From the NCBI GenBank assembly GCA_035298825.1, contig DATGXR010000444.1, positions 5,819-69,818 of the forward strand: a stretch of 64,000 bases of DNA, read 5' to 3'. Source of the stretch: Bacteroidota bacterium (lineage in GTDB: Bacteria; Bacteroidota; Ignavibacteria; UBA10030; UBA8401). The position numbers and the translations under genes were made by a program. Every line of letters starts with the position of its first letter. The first letter of the stretch is position 1. Positions 46,009 through 55,931 of the stretch are shown here, piece by piece. The notes under the pieces were generated by a model that was not told the DNA's origin, searched no databases, and worked only from the letters and a program-made list of their open reading frames with translations.

Positions 46009-46065
46009 CATTGACAACGCACGTGAGCAGCATTCATCATCGAACAGACACACAAGGGGGAAGCT

Positions 46066-46878
46066 ATGAAAGTCGTCATCTTCTGCGGAGGGATGGGCAC
46101 CAGACTGCGCGAATATTCGGAGCACATTCCAAAGCCGCTTGTCAATATCGGATACAGGCCTATCCTCTGGCATGTGATGAAATATTATGCCCACTACGGG
46201 CACAAAGATTTCATTCTCTGCCTCGGATACAAAGCCGATATGATCAAGAACTATTTCCTCAATTACAACGAATACGTCTCGAACGACTTCGTCTTCTCAC
46301 GAGGCGGACAGGACATCCAGCTCCTGAAGAGCGACATCGACGACTGGAGGATCACGTTTGTCGATACGGGATTGAAATCGAACATCGGTGAACGCCTCAG
46401 GAAAGTGGAGCATTATCTTGACGGCGAGGAAATTTTCATGGCGAATTACTCCGACGGCCTGACCGATATGCCGCTGCCGGAGATGATCAAGTCCTTCAAG
46501 GAAAGCGGGAAGATCGCTTCAATGATCTGCCCGGTCCCCTCGCAGAGTTTCCATGTGGTCCACATCGCCGAGGGCAGCCGCGTCACCAATATCCAGTACG
46601 TGCGCGATGCGGGCATCGTCGTCAACGGCGGCTTCTTCATCTTTAGGAAGGAAATCTTCAAGTATATGCGTCCGGGTGAAGAGCTCGTCATCGATCCCTT
46701 CCGCAGACTCATCGCCGAGAATCAGCTCATGGGATACCGGTATGACAATTACTGGGCCATGGACACATTCAAGGAGCAGCAGGAACTCTCCGATATGGAC
46801 AGCCTGGGCAACGCGCCGTGGGAAGTATGGAAGCACAACGGCAATCATACAGCAGTACATTCAACGGAGCATTTATGA
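46066..46878 (+). CDS. rfbF: glucose-1-phosphate cytidylyltransferase
   Basis: MKVVIFCGGMGTRLREYSEHIPKPLVNIGYRPILWHVMKYY… nearly canonical RfbF/DdhA. C-terminus …APWEVW. Confidence 0.95.
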   Translation: MKVVIFCGGMGTRLREYSEHIPKPLVNIGYRPILWHVMKYYAHYGHKDFILCLGYKADMIKNYFLNYNEYVSNDFVFSRGGQDIQLLKSDIDDWRITFVDTGLKSNIGERLRKVEHYLDGEEIFMANYSDGLTDMPLPEMIKSFKESGKIASMICPVPSQSFHVVHIAEGSRVTNIQYVRDAGIVVNGGFFIFRKEIFKYMRPGEELVIDPFRRLIAENQLMGYRYDNYWAMDTFKEQQELSDMDSLGNAPWEVWKHNGNHTAVHSTEHL

Positions 46879-48182
46879 CATTTGCGCGATCACTCGAAAT
46901 CCAAAAAAAGATCCATGCCGTCATACCCGGCGGATCTCATACATACGCCAAAGGTGACGATCAGTATCCTGAATTCATGCCGCCGTATCTCACACACGGT
47001 CATGGCTGCCATGTGTGGGATGCGGATGGGAATGAATTCATCGAGTATGGGATGGGACTGCGCGCCGTCACGCTCGGACACGGCTTTGAGCCGGTTGTGG
47101 AAGCGGCATATGCCCAGATGCGCAAGGGATCCAATTACACTCGCCCCGCTGTGATCGAGCTCGAGGCGGCCGAAGAGCTGCTCTCGATCGTGAAGTCGGC
47201 CGAGATGGTGAAGTTCGCCAAGAACGGATCGGACGCCAATAATGGCGCCGTGAAACTCGCGCGCGCCTACACCGGACGCGACTTGGTAGCCATCTGCGGC
47301 ACACAGCCTTTTTTCTCGGTCGATGACTGGTTCATCGGCGCCACGGCGATGGATGCAGGCATCCCCCAGGCCATCAAGGACCTGACCTTGAAATTCCGCT
47401 ACAACGATATCGAAAGCGTCAGGCAACTCTTTGCCGAACATCCCAAGAGAATTGCCTGCATCATTCTCGAAGCCGAAAAGGAACAACCGCCCCAGAACGA
47501 TTTTCTGCTCAAGTTGCAGACCCTTTGCAGAAGCGAAGGTGCAGTCTTCATCCTCGATGAAATGATCACCGGTTTCCGCTGGCACCTTTCAGGTGCGCAG
47601 GCGGTGTACGGACTCGATCCCGATCTCTCGACATTCGGCAAAGCGATGAGCAACGGGTTTTCGCTTTCGGCTCTGACCGGCAAGCGCAAGATCATGCGCC
47701 TGGGCGGACTCGACCACGACAAGCCCCGCGTGTTTTTAGGATCGACCACGCACGGCGCAGAAAATCATGCCTTGGCTGCGGGCATTGCCGTGATGCGCTA
47801 TTATCAATCACATCCCGTCGTCGAGACGCTCTGCCGTCAGGGCACGCGCCTTGCACAGGGATTTTCACAGGCAATCACGCATCATCGCATGGAACACTAT
47901 GTCTTGGCGCTCGGCCGACCAGAATGCCTCGTCTTCGGCACGCGTGATATCGAAGGCAAGCCGTCACAGCCAATGCGCACGCTCTTTATGCAGGAACTCC
48001 TGAAACGCGGCGTGCTCGCCTCGTCGCTTGTGGTGAGTTACGCGCATACCGACGAGGATATCGATCGCACGATCCAGGCGCTCGATGAATCCCTTGGCGT
48101 CTACCGCAAAGGCCTTGAAAATGGCGTCGAGCGCTATTTGGTCGGACGTCCGGTCAGCCCGGTCTTCCGGAAATTCAACTGA
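46875..48182 (+). CDS. class-III (GSA-aminomutase-like) PLP-dependent aminotransferase; probable nucleotide-sugar aminotransferase
   Basis: …IPGGSHTY…, …DEMITGFRW…, …TFGKAMSNGFSLSALTG… (PLP-Lys). ATGA overlap with rfbF. Confidence 0.85.
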   Translation: MTFARSLEIQKKIHAVIPGGSHTYAKGDDQYPEFMPPYLTHGHGCHVWDADGNEFIEYGMGLRAVTLGHGFEPVVEAAYAQMRKGSNYTRPAVIELEAAEELLSIVKSAEMVKFAKNGSDANNGAVKLARAYTGRDLVAICGTQPFFSVDDWFIGATAMDAGIPQAIKDLTLKFRYNDIESVRQLFAEHPKRIACIILEAEKEQPPQNDFLLKLQTLCRSEGAVFILDEMITGFRWHLSGAQAVYGLDPDLSTFGKAMSNGFSLSALTGKRKIMRLGGLDHDKPRVFLGSTTHGAENHALAAGIAVMRYYQSHPVVETLCRQGTRLAQGFSQAITHHRMEHYVLALGRPECLVFGTRDIEGKPSQPMRTLFMQELLKRGVLASSLVVSYAHTDEDIDRTIQALDESLGVYRKGLENGVERYLVGRPVSPVFRKFN

Positions 48183-48204
48183 TTAGAATCATTGGTACGA
48201 TGTT

Positions 48205-48858
48205 ATGCTTACATCCACACTGGGTGTGAAACCCGCAGAACCGTTGTCGATCCTTTGCCTGGGCGCCCACTCGGACGATATTGAGATCGGCTGCGGCGGC
48301 ACCATCCTCAAACTGCTTGCGCTCCATCCGCAGAGCCGGCTCACCTGGGTCGTCTTCAGTGCGGCCGGAAGCCGCGCCGATGAAGCGCGCCGTGGCGCCG
48401 CATGCTTTTCACAGCAGTCCCGGTGCGCCGATGTGCGCGTATTGTCCTTCCGCGACGGATTTTTCCCGTACGAAGGCGTCGAGATCAAGGAATATTTCGA
48501 AACACTCAAGTCGCAAATCCAACCCGATCTTGTCTTCACGCATTACCGGCAGGACCGGCATCAGGATCACCGGATCATCTCGGATTTCACATGGAATACA
48601 TTTCGCAATCATTTGATCTTTGAATATGAAATTCCGAAATTCGACGGCGACTTTGGCCAACCCAATATGTATGTACGCCTGGACGACGAGGCGGCCTCGG
48701 CCAAATGCGCGGCGGTGATGGAGACGTTCGTCTCGCAAAAAATCAAGCATTGGCTCTCTGAGGATCTGCTCTTCGCCGTGTTGCGCATCCGCGGCATGGA
48801 AGCCGGCGGCTCGACGAGGTATGCCGAAGCATTTTATTCACGAAAGATGACACTATGA
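48205..48858 (+). CDS. PIG-L/LmbE-family N-acetylglucosaminyl deacetylase
   Basis: …ILCLGAHSDDIEIGCGGTILKL… (AHPDDE motif variant), …HYRQDRHQDHR… metal-binding His cluster. Confidence 0.85.
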   Translation: MLTSTLGVKPAEPLSILCLGAHSDDIEIGCGGTILKLLALHPQSRLTWVVFSAAGSRADEARRGAACFSQQSRCADVRVLSFRDGFFPYEGVEIKEYFETLKSQIQPDLVFTHYRQDRHQDHRIISDFTWNTFRNHLIFEYEIPKFDGDFGQPNMYVRLDDEAASAKCAAVMETFVSQKIKHWLSEDLLFAVLRIRGMEAGGSTRYAEAFYSRKMTL

Positions 48859-49640
48859 TCATTTCAACAATCCAAACAAATCCCTCATTCGGCATGAAGG
48901 AAGCAAATACGATCGAGGCGTTGACGCTGATGCGCTCGGTTGAAGCCGATGTGTACGTGCTGCCGGAACTCTTCGCCTCGGGATATCATTTCGCATCGGC
49001 AGCCGAAGCGGCATCGCTTGCCGAAGCCTTCAAGACGGGACCGACATTTACGGCCCTTACGCAATTTGCCGAAGCGACCAAATCGTTCGTCGTCTTCGGA
49101 TTTGCAGAAACCGATAATGGCACGCTCTATAATTCCTCGGCCATCGTCGGGTACGACGGCACATGCGTACTCTACCGTAAAGTTCACTTGTTCGACCGAG
49201 AGAAACTTTTTTTCGCTCCCGGCAATCTTGAATTCACTGTTGTGACGACGCCCGTGGCGCGCATCGGCATGATGATCTGCTTCGACTGGTATTTTCCTGA
49301 AAGCGCCCGCACGCTGGCGCTCAAAGGAGCGCAGCTCATCGCACATCCCTCGAATCTTGTGCTGCCTCACTGCCCGAATTCGATGCCGGTGCGTTCGCTC
49401 GAGAATCGCGTCTTCACAGCGACGGCAAACCGTGTGGGCGCCGATCTCCGTCCGCACGGGACGCTCTCATTTATCGGGCAAAGCCAGATCACCAGTCCCA
49501 TGGGCGAAATTCTTCACCGCTCATCGGCCACGTGCGCTGAAGCCGCACGTGTCACGATCGAACCCGGACGCGCCGACAATAAATCTGCCACCGAGCGCAA
49601 CAATCTCTTTGCAGACCGGCGCCCGGAATTTTATGCATAA
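48855..49640 (+). CDS. carbon-nitrogen hydrolase (nitrilase superfamily amidase)
   Basis: Glu-Lys-Cys triad contexts: …YVLPELF…, …YRKVHLF…, …MMICFDWYFPE… ATGA overlap with the upstream gene. Confidence 0.9.
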   Translation: MIISTIQTNPSFGMKEANTIEALTLMRSVEADVYVLPELFASGYHFASAAEAASLAEAFKTGPTFTALTQFAEATKSFVVFGFAETDNGTLYNSSAIVGYDGTCVLYRKVHLFDREKLFFAPGNLEFTVVTTPVARIGMMICFDWYFPESARTLALKGAQLIAHPSNLVLPHCPNSMPVRSLENRVFTATANRVGADLRPHGTLSFIGQSQITSPMGEILHRSSATCAEAARVTIEPGRADNKSATERNNLFADRRPEFYA

Positions 49641-49659
49641 GACGAGTGAGGCATCGCAC

Positions 49660-50970
49660 ATGCAGATATCAGCAATCCCGAGTAAGATGCCGGAGCGCAT
49701 CGCCGTCGTGGACATCCTGCGCGGATTCGCGCTTGGCGGGATTCTTGCGGCGAATATGGCCGATTTCACATCTCCGTATTTCGCCGCGCCGCTTGAAGTC
49801 CTCTGGCCCCAGACGCACAACCGCATTGTCCTGGGTCTGATCGAGATCTTCGTCATCAACAATTTTTTCACGATCTTCTCGTTCCTCTTCGGCCTCGGCC
49901 TTGCGCTACAGATGATGCGTCTTGAAGCCCGGGGCATCCGCTTCGTGCCCCTCTACTTGCGACGCCAATCGGTGTTGCTTGCGATCGGTTTGCTGCAGGG
50001 ATTGTTCATCTGGTATGGCGATATTCTCGCACCGTATGCGCTCTTTGGCTGCCTGTTACTCCTTGTGCGCCGTCTGGATCCGAAGCGCCTTGCGCTCATC
50101 GCCGCCGCATTCATCCTCATCCCTGTCACAATTTCGCTTGTGCGATTGACAGTGACGCAACCGGCATCGCATGTCTCCCCGGCGCTGAGCGATCCGGTCA
50201 TGATTTCAGGCGCAATTACCGAGGCCTCGCGCGTCACACAAATCTATGCACACGGCAGCTGGAGCGAGATTTTCACTCAACGCGCGAACGAACTTGTCAT
50301 CAATTACAACGGATGGATCGGACGCAGCTACGGTCTGACCGTTGCGGCGATGTTTCTTCTGGGTCTGGCGGCGGGAAAACTGAAACTCTTTCAATCGCCC
50401 GAACTCTTCCGGTCGTTTGCGCGCCGCTTCAGAGTGCCGGGACTTGTCTGCCTTTTCATCACAGGCGCCGGCGTCACCATCCGAATGACGTCAGCACCCG
50501 GGACACTTCCGTTCGTTGCCGAATTGATTTTTTATCAATTCATGAAAATTGCGCATATTGTGATTTCCTTCTTCTATATTTCAAGTGTGACGCTGCTTGC
50601 CTGGCGCCCTCGTTCGGCGCGCATGCTTTCGGTGCTGGCCGCGCCCGGACGCATGGCATTGACGAATTATCTGTTGCAGTCAATCATCTGCACGACGATC
50701 TTTAACAGTTATGGGTTGGGTCTCTTCGGTTCAGTCAGTCCCGCTGCAGGTCTTGGCATGACGGCAGTCTTCTTTTCCGCTCAAGTGGCATTCAGCAATT
50801 GGTTCTTGTCGCGATTCCGATTCGGTCCCGCAGAATGGCTGTGGAAATCGCTGACCTATGGAACGCGCCAACCCTTTTTAATCGGGTTGGCTCCATTGCA
50901 CACACATGATGAATATACGAAAGGCAGAACACACAATGACAGCGTGCATACACCCGTTCACCGCATGTAA
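49660..50970 (+). CDS. DUF418/DUF1624 (YeiB/HGSNAT-like) polytopic membrane protein, possible acyltransferase
   Basis: …RIAVVDILRGFALGGILAANM… N-terminal motif typical of YeiB/DUF418. About 10 TM. Start at the ATG at 49660. Confidence 0.55.
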   Translation: MQISAIPSKMPERIAVVDILRGFALGGILAANMADFTSPYFAAPLEVLWPQTHNRIVLGLIEIFVINNFFTIFSFLFGLGLALQMMRLEARGIRFVPLYLRRQSVLLAIGLLQGLFIWYGDILAPYALFGCLLLLVRRLDPKRLALIAAAFILIPVTISLVRLTVTQPASHVSPALSDPVMISGAITEASRVTQIYAHGSWSEIFTQRANELVINYNGWIGRSYGLTVAAMFLLGLAAGKLKLFQSPELFRSFARRFRVPGLVCLFITGAGVTIRMTSAPGTLPFVAELIFYQFMKIAHIVISFFYISSVTLLAWRPRSARMLSVLAAPGRMALTNYLLQSIICTTIFNSYGLGLFGSVSPAAGLGMTAVFFSAQVAFSNWFLSRFRFGPAEWLWKSLTYGTRQPFLIGLAPLHTHDEYTKGRTHNDSVHTPVHRM

Positions 50971-51910
50971 GGAAGAGACGCGTGCGGCACTGCAAACACA
51001 CCTTCCCTGGTCTCCGATGGATTTCATGCGGGGCATTTCGCTTGAAGGCGACAAAAAAAATTATCTTGACACTGTGTGCCGCGATCTCGATCCTGCAAAC
51101 GATCTGCGCGTGATATATGAAGACGCCGCGCTCAAATTGCGCACGGCAGTGATGGCGGAACGGCTTGTATGGGACAGCCAGTTTTTTGGCTACGGTATCG
51201 CAAAGCTCCATGGGATATTCCAGCTTGATGATCCCGGCTATCGCCCGTTTGTCGATCTGACCGACCCGCTGCGGAATTTTCTTGCCAGGGCGAACGATGC
51301 CGGCATCCGATATATCTTCACACAGATCGACCCGCGCGATCTCGCGCTCCTGCGCGCGCTGGGCGAGCAGGGATTTTGCATGATCGAGCCGCGCTTGTAT
51401 TATCACCGCGGCATACATGACTATGAGTATATCAAGCGGTATCCGGTGCGCGAGGCGCGCGAAGACGATCTGCCGTTTATCACCACCGTGGTGCGCGACA
51501 CGGTCAATATCTACGACCGCTTCCATGCCGATCCGTTCATCGCTCAGGCTGATGCCGATCGACTCATGGAGGAATGGATCCACGCATCGTTCGCGAAAAA
51601 ATTTTCAGACGTCGTCCTGGTTCCCGATCTTCCTGGAGATCCCGTCGCCGTGGTAACAGGCCGGTATTTGAAAAACGAATGGGCGCAATGGAATCTGAAC
51701 GTAAGCCAGGTCGTGCTCGGAGCCAGCTCGGGCCAGGCGCCGGGCTGGGCTGTCAAGCTCCTGTCGGAACTCTTGTATCACTTTGAAGACATCGGCACGC
51801 AGCACGTTTATTTGTCCACGCAGGCAACCAATATCCGCATCATCAAAGTGTGCGAGCATCTGGGAATACATCTGGGCAAATCGGAATTTGTGCTGCGTCG
51901 GGTCTTGTGA
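50936..51910 (+). CDS. GNAT-fold N-acetyltransferase-like protein (WecD-like), two-domain
   Basis: The C-terminal 100 aa show GNAT beta-alpha pattern (…VVLGASSGQAPGWAVKLLSEL…YLSTQATNIRIIKVCEHLGIHL…). The start is uncertain (50936 with GAAAGG SD, or 51017). Contains an A8 tract at 51053-51060. Confidence 0.5.
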   Translation: MTACIHPFTACKEETRAALQTHLPWSPMDFMRGISLEGDKKNYLDTVCRDLDPANDLRVIYEDAALKLRTAVMAERLVWDSQFFGYGIAKLHGIFQLDDPGYRPFVDLTDPLRNFLARANDAGIRYIFTQIDPRDLALLRALGEQGFCMIEPRLYYHRGIHDYEYIKRYPVREAREDDLPFITTVVRDTVNIYDRFHADPFIAQADADRLMEEWIHASFAKKFSDVVLVPDLPGDPVAVVTGRYLKNEWAQWNLNVSQVVLGASSGQAPGWAVKLLSELLYHFEDIGTQHVYLSTQATNIRIIKVCEHLGIHLGKSEFVLRRVL

Positions 51911-51952
51911 GCAGCACCGCAACAAACGAGCGAGGACGAAGGAGGATGTCCT

Positions 51953-52939
51953 GTGCAAAAATTATCGATTGTTGTTCCGGTCTATTATAATGCGCCGACT
52001 CTTCCGGTATTGTACGAGGAATTTGTCCGCGTCATGAAAATCCTCGACGACGTTGAAGGCGAATTCATTTTCGTCGACGACGCCTCGGGCGACTCATCGG
52101 CCCGGATTTTGTCGGATCTTGCAAGCGCCGACAATCGCGTGAAGCTTGTCCAGCTGTCGAAAAACCACGGCTCAGGCATTGCGGTCTTCGCGGGATTGTC
52201 GTACGCAACGGGCGACTGCGCCGTCATCATCAGCGCCGATCTTCAGGATCCGCCGTCGCTCATTGTCGAGCTCTTCCGCGGATGGAAAGAAGGCTTTCCG
52301 GCCGTGCTTGCCGTGCGTTCATCGCGCAAGGATCCCTGGCCGACGAAAGTGATGGCGTCGCTTTTTTATCGTCTCATGCGGCGCTTCGGCGTCAAAAATA
52401 TTCCGGAAGGCGGATGCGATTTCGGATTGATCGACCGAAAGATCATCACGGCGATTTTGCAGATGGAAGAAAAAAATTCACATCTCATCATCCAGGTGCT
52501 CTGGACCGGTTTCGACCGGAAGCTGATTCCCTATGAGCGGCGGGCACGTGTGCATGGCAAATCGAAATGGTCGATCGCCAAAAAGCTGAAACTCTTTATT
52601 GACTCCTTTACCGCCTTTTCGTACTTTCCGTTGCGCCTGGTCAGCAGCCTCGGATTCACGATCGCGGCCCTGGGTCTCATCTATGCGCTGTTCATCATAG
52701 GATTGCGCCTTGTCCATGGCGTGGTGATCGAGGGCTGGTCGTCGCTGATGGTTGTGGTATTGATCGCTTCCGGCGCCCAACTGATCGGACTGGGCATCAT
52801 CGGCGAATACCTCTGGCGCGTCCTTGATGAGGTGCGCAAACGCCCCATCTTTCTTGTGAAACGCACGATCGGGTTCGACGCCGATTGCGGCGCCGCAGTC
52901 TCCATTGGCTCAGCGGCGACAAGAGCGTCACACGTATGA
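51953..52939 (+). CDS. GT2 polyprenyl-phosphate sugar transferase (ArnC/GtrB/DPM1-like)
   Basis: …LSIVVPVYYNAPTLPVLYEE…FIFVDDASGDSS…ADLQDPP… plus two C-terminal TM helices. Hallmark of the ArnC/GtrB family. Confidence 0.9.
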   Translation: MQKLSIVVPVYYNAPTLPVLYEEFVRVMKILDDVEGEFIFVDDASGDSSARILSDLASADNRVKLVQLSKNHGSGIAVFAGLSYATGDCAVIISADLQDPPSLIVELFRGWKEGFPAVLAVRSSRKDPWPTKVMASLFYRLMRRFGVKNIPEGGCDFGLIDRKIITAILQMEEKNSHLIIQVLWTGFDRKLIPYERRARVHGKSKWSIAKKLKLFIDSFTAFSYFPLRLVSSLGFTIAALGLIYALFIIGLRLVHGVVIEGWSSLMVVVLIASGAQLIGLGIIGEYLWRVLDEVRKRPIFLVKRTIGFDADCGAAVSIGSAATRASHV

Positions 52940-54579
52940 AGAAGAATCGTTCCTTCGGCATGAGAATGATGATGCCCCCGTATGCGATGAACCAGGCACG
53001 GCTCCGTCAGTGGATCGACATTGTTCCGTTTCTGCTGTTCGGATATTTTTTCTGGACGATCATGCACTCTCCAATGCGCATTAATCACGACTGCGCGTAC
53101 GTGTTGCAGTGCTCGAAGATTCTTGTCGACGGCGGTTTGCCCTATGTGGATTTCATCGACATCAATCCGCCTCTGATTTTTTATATGAACATGGCGCCCG
53201 TTGTTGTGGCCCAGACGGCAGGAATCACGCTGCCTCAGGCGTTTTCCCTCTTTGTGACACTGCAACTGGCTGCATCCGCCTTATTGTTATTCTATCTCTT
53301 CCGTCTTGAAGAGCTTAATCTGAAGGCGCCGGCGCGCTTTGCGCTGTTGCTTGCATGGATTCTGTGCTCGCTCTTTGTGTACGCCACGGGTGACTACGGC
53401 CAGCGCGATCATCTTGTGATGTTGATGGTCTTCCCGTTTATCCTTGTGCGCGTGATCCGCTACTACGGAGATCGTGTGAGTCTTTTGCCTTCACTTGTGA
53501 TCGGAGTGATGACGGGGCTCGGACTGAGCCTCAAGCCGAATTTTTATTTCATCGTGCTTGTGCCGGAGTTTGTGGCGCTTGTGCGTACCCGGCGCATCCG
53601 CACGCTGTTCACGCCGGAAATGTATGCTGCGATCGCATTCAGTCTTGCCTACGTGCTGCATTTTTTACTGCTGCCCGCGCTTGTCCAAACAGAACTCTTT
53701 GGCCGGTGGATGCCGTTTTTCATGCAATATTACGGCACGATCAACATGAATTTGTTCCACCATGTCTTCATGCAACCTCTGGTGATCGCCGGATTGATCG
53801 TGCTTGCATTCGTTGTCGGTATCGGGCTTGTGATCATCCGGCAACGCGGCATGAGCAGCCTGCGCATGGAAATCCTCTCAGCCGCAGCGATCGGCTCGTT
53901 CCTCTCGTATTGGATACAGCAGAAAGGATATTCGTATCACTCGGTGCCATTGAAGCTGGTGTTCGTGATGCTGGCGCTGTTTGTCTCATTCTGGCTCTAT
54001 GAAGAGATCATGCACCGCACAGAAGAGATCCCTTTGCGCCGTTTTGTGGCCGTGAGTCCGACGCTGGTTGTGCTTGCCGGACTGATCGCCTTGACGGCGC
54101 GGGCATTCGCCTCCAACAGCTCCTATGTGAGTTATGAGTCTTTTGCGCCATACAGGCAGGCGATCAGCGCATATTCGAAGAAAGACGACCGCGTGTTGTT
54201 CCTCAACACGATATTGTTCCCGGCGTATCCGACGCTTGTGCAAATGGACCGGATGCCGGGCAGCAGATATCTGACGATCTTTCCGATTGCAGGATTTTAT
54301 TACGGCATGCATGCAGACAGCGCATTTCCGTACAGGTCGCGCGGGCAAATGAATCAGGAGGAACTCCGATTCCTGTGCGAGCTCGAAGTTGATATTGATC
54401 GATTCAAACCCTCGCTTATCTTCATCCATTCGGGAGATACATCTTCGGCTATGCCTCAGGGATTCGATATCCATGAATATTTTATTCGCTCGCACTTTAC
54501 CACCGATGCCATGCACGATTATGAGCGCTCGGGTTCGGTGGGCGACTTTTTCCTTTATCGGCGAAAGAAGCAGATCTGA
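52936..54579 (+). CDS. GT-C fold membrane glycosyltransferase (ArnT/PMT/GT39-GT83-like)
   Basis: 547 aa, at least 11 TM. N-terminal loop …NHDCAYVLQCSKILVDGGLPYVDFIDINPPLIFYM… resembles the GT-C first-loop acidic motif. Genetically paired with the polyprenol-P GT2. ATGA overlap. Confidence 0.6.
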   Translation: MKKNRSFGMRMMMPPYAMNQARLRQWIDIVPFLLFGYFFWTIMHSPMRINHDCAYVLQCSKILVDGGLPYVDFIDINPPLIFYMNMAPVVVAQTAGITLPQAFSLFVTLQLAASALLLFYLFRLEELNLKAPARFALLLAWILCSLFVYATGDYGQRDHLVMLMVFPFILVRVIRYYGDRVSLLPSLVIGVMTGLGLSLKPNFYFIVLVPEFVALVRTRRIRTLFTPEMYAAIAFSLAYVLHFLLLPALVQTELFGRWMPFFMQYYGTINMNLFHHVFMQPLVIAGLIVLAFVVGIGLVIIRQRGMSSLRMEILSAAAIGSFLSYWIQQKGYSYHSVPLKLVFVMLALFVSFWLYEEIMHRTEEIPLRRFVAVSPTLVVLAGLIALTARAFASNSSYVSYESFAPYRQAISAYSKKDDRVLFLNTILFPAYPTLVQMDRMPGSRYLTIFPIAGFYYGMHADSAFPYRSRGQMNQEELRFLCELEVDIDRFKPSLIFIHSGDTSSAMPQGFDIHEYFIRSHFTTDAMHDYERSGSVGDFFLYRRKKQI

Positions 54580-54603
54580 TAGAACCGACTAATACTTTCT
54601 CCC

Positions 54604-55893
54604 ATGCTTATCCTTGATATCATTCATCTTGCCGTGTGGATCGTCTTCGGACTGCCGCTGGTCTATCTGGCCATGCTCACGCTCGCAGCGTTGACCGTGA
54701 AATTGAAGCCGGAGATGCCTTCGCGCGGCGTGCACATGCGCTCATTCGCCATCGTCGTGCCGGCGCACAATGAAGCCATCGCCATACAAAAGACGATCCG
54801 CAGTCTGCAGGCAATCGACTATCCGCGGGTGCTCTTCGAGGTGATCGTCATCGCAGACAACTGCACAGATCACACAGCCGCGCTTGCGCGGACCGAAGGC
54901 GCAACGGTCCTTGAACGATTCAACACACAGCAGCGGGGCAAGGGATATGCACTGCGCTGGTGCTTCGACCGGCTTCTTCACGATGAGACAAAAAGGTATG
55001 AGGCCTTCGTCGTGATCGATGCCGACACGGTTGTGTCAGGCAACTATCTTTCAATGCTCACTGTTGCAATAGAAGACGGCGCGCACGTGATGCAGACAAG
55101 CGATCTGGTCGAACCCTGTCCGGGTGCGTGGACGACCGAAGCGCTTCGCCTTGCCTTTGTGCTCTATAATTACGTTCGGCCTCTGGGACGAAAGGCGCTC
55201 GGCTTTTCGGCAGGATTGCGGGGTAACGGTATGTGCTTCACGCGCCAGGCCCTTGCAAGCGTCCCGTGGCAGGCTTACTCGAAGGCCGAAGATCTTGAGT
55301 ACGGATTGCAGATGCTCCTCTCGGGCTACTCGACCAGATTCGTGCCTGAAGCTGTGGCGCTGGCGACAATGCCGCAGCAGGCGGTCAACGCAGAAAGCCA
55401 GCGCGCGCGCTGGGAAGGCGGCCGCCTCCCCCTGATCCGGCGTTATGCGGGGCCGTTGCTTTGGTTTGCGCTGCGCCGAAGATCGATCGCCGCACTGGAT
55501 GCCTTTATCGACCTTGCCACGCCGGCCTTCGTCAATATGATGGCAATCGCCCTCGGCGCATCGTTTCTGTGTGCGGTGGTATTTGTGACAATCGCCGGAG
55601 CAGATGCGGCCGGGATGTACGCGCTGGTGTGGTTGGGAGCAATCGTCTCCGGAGTATTCCATGTGACGGCCGGATTGAAAGTGGCGCGCGATCCGTCCCT
55701 TGTACAGACGGTGCTCGCCATCCCGCGGTATGTGGTGTGGAAAACGCTGTTATATGTGAAACTTGCACGAAGAAAAAAATCAGACGAGTGGGTGCGCACG
55801 ACACGTGAAACCTCTGGCACACCACCCCATTCAGTGTCTCCCCCGGCGTCTTCGATGTCAACCGAAGATCCAGGCGCTCCGGACACGCCGTAA
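54604..55893 (+). CDS. membrane-embedded GT2 (PgaC/cellulose-synthase-like processive HexNAc/hexose transferase candidate)
   Basis: N-terminal TM. …FAIVVPAHNEAIAI…VIVIADNCTDHTA…VVIDADTVV… (D, DxD). …QRARWEGG… (Q(R/Q)xRW motif). C-terminal TM bundle. Confidence 0.85.
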   Translation: MLILDIIHLAVWIVFGLPLVYLAMLTLAALTVKLKPEMPSRGVHMRSFAIVVPAHNEAIAIQKTIRSLQAIDYPRVLFEVIVIADNCTDHTAALARTEGATVLERFNTQQRGKGYALRWCFDRLLHDETKRYEAFVVIDADTVVSGNYLSMLTVAIEDGAHVMQTSDLVEPCPGAWTTEALRLAFVLYNYVRPLGRKALGFSAGLRGNGMCFTRQALASVPWQAYSKAEDLEYGLQMLLSGYSTRFVPEAVALATMPQQAVNAESQRARWEGGRLPLIRRYAGPLLWFALRRRSIAALDAFIDLATPAFVNMMAIALGASFLCAVVFVTIAGADAAGMYALVWLGAIVSGVFHVTAGLKVARDPSLVQTVLAIPRYVVWKTLLYVKLARRKKSDEWVRTTRETSGTPPHSVSPPASSMSTEDPGAPDTP

Positions 55894-55931
55894 AAATGTC
55901 CGCAACAATCCGTAAGGAGCAAGGTGCAGCT

